Assembly (NCBI RefSeq): GCF_001194135.2
Contig: NC_069007.1
Coordinates: 21,663,262 to 21,727,261, forward strand
Reading direction: 5' to 3'
Origin: Octopus bimaculoides
Taxonomy: Eukaryota
Length of the DNA stretch: 64,000 nucleotides
In this document: piece after piece, positions 63,331 through 64,000 of the stretch
Numbering within the stretch: position 1 is the stretch's first letter
Layout: every line of letters starts with the position of its first letter
Translations under genes and position numbers: made by a program
Notes under the pieces: generated by a model
The model's database searches: none
Told to the model about the DNA's origin: nothing
The model's input: only the letters and a program-made list of their open reading frames with translations

Positions 63331-64000
63331 ACAGGGGCCTTGTTTATGTGAAGTAGTGTAGGAAAAGAGTAGAGTAAAGTCAGTCACCCCCTGCTATTCA
63401 TTGAGTAAAATAATGTGTTTTTGGATGGAAGGGAAAAGCCATGGTGAAATGGACGCCGAGACAGAATGGCGAACACACGTACACAGTGTGAACGAACTGT
63501 GTGTATACGTTTAATATAAGATAGCAGCATTGAGAAAATTAACCGATCCATCTCTAATCAACGTACAAAATATAATGAACCACGCTCGCAACACATTCAG
63601 AATTTATAAAAGGGTGTCAGGCAGGATATTGTCTATCAGCTTCACCCGGCTGACCGGCTGGCAACCTTAAAGGAAAGACAAAGTAATTGCAATGATCAAA
63701 TATACAAGCTGTGCACGTCTTTTGCGAGCACATCTTGGACTATTATTATAGAACTCGTGTTTATTGTCTATGCTATATTTTATTATATTATACTAAATAT
63801 ATATATATATATGTGTGTGTGTGAGTATATATATATATATACTTTCATTTCTTTTTACGACATTAGACAACAGTTATGCTGGGGCACCGCCTTGAAGGGG
63901 TTATAGTCGGACTAATAAACCCCAGTGCTTTTTGTTAAGCCTGGTACTTAATCTGTCGGTCTCTCTCTCTCTCTCTGTATATATATATATATATATATAT

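Overview
AT-rich eukaryotic genomic DNA, full of (TA)n/(CA)n microsatellites, SINEs and assembly gaps. The repeat landscape points to an octopus/coleoid cephalopod (inference). One protein-coding gene dominates the window: ARID2/BAF200 (PBAF subunit) on the minus strand. I reconstructed 19 GT-AG coding exons from the ATG at 60747 down to 5292, all phase-consistent, totalling 6438 nt or 2146 codons. They encode the ARID domain, LxxLL/ARM-like region, RFX-type winged helix, a 4135-nt Q/S-rich exon and two C2H2 fingers. I could not find the conserved terminal exon(s), which probably lie left of position 1. The introns hold RTE/CR1-type LINE fragments, four Tc1/mariner-superfamily transposase relics, piggyBac-, hAT- and TA-type MITEs and many SINEs. 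The most unusual signal is a set of five minimal type I hammerhead-ribozyme folds in unrelated intronic sequence contexts. One has an intact core inside a tRNA-headed Penelope-like SINE in sense with the pre-mRNA, and one sits inside a 400-bp foldback element. Also notable are CpG-retaining islands with splice signals inside intron 2 and a 10-copy hydrophobic-V-hydrophobic-Q motif array in the giant exon.
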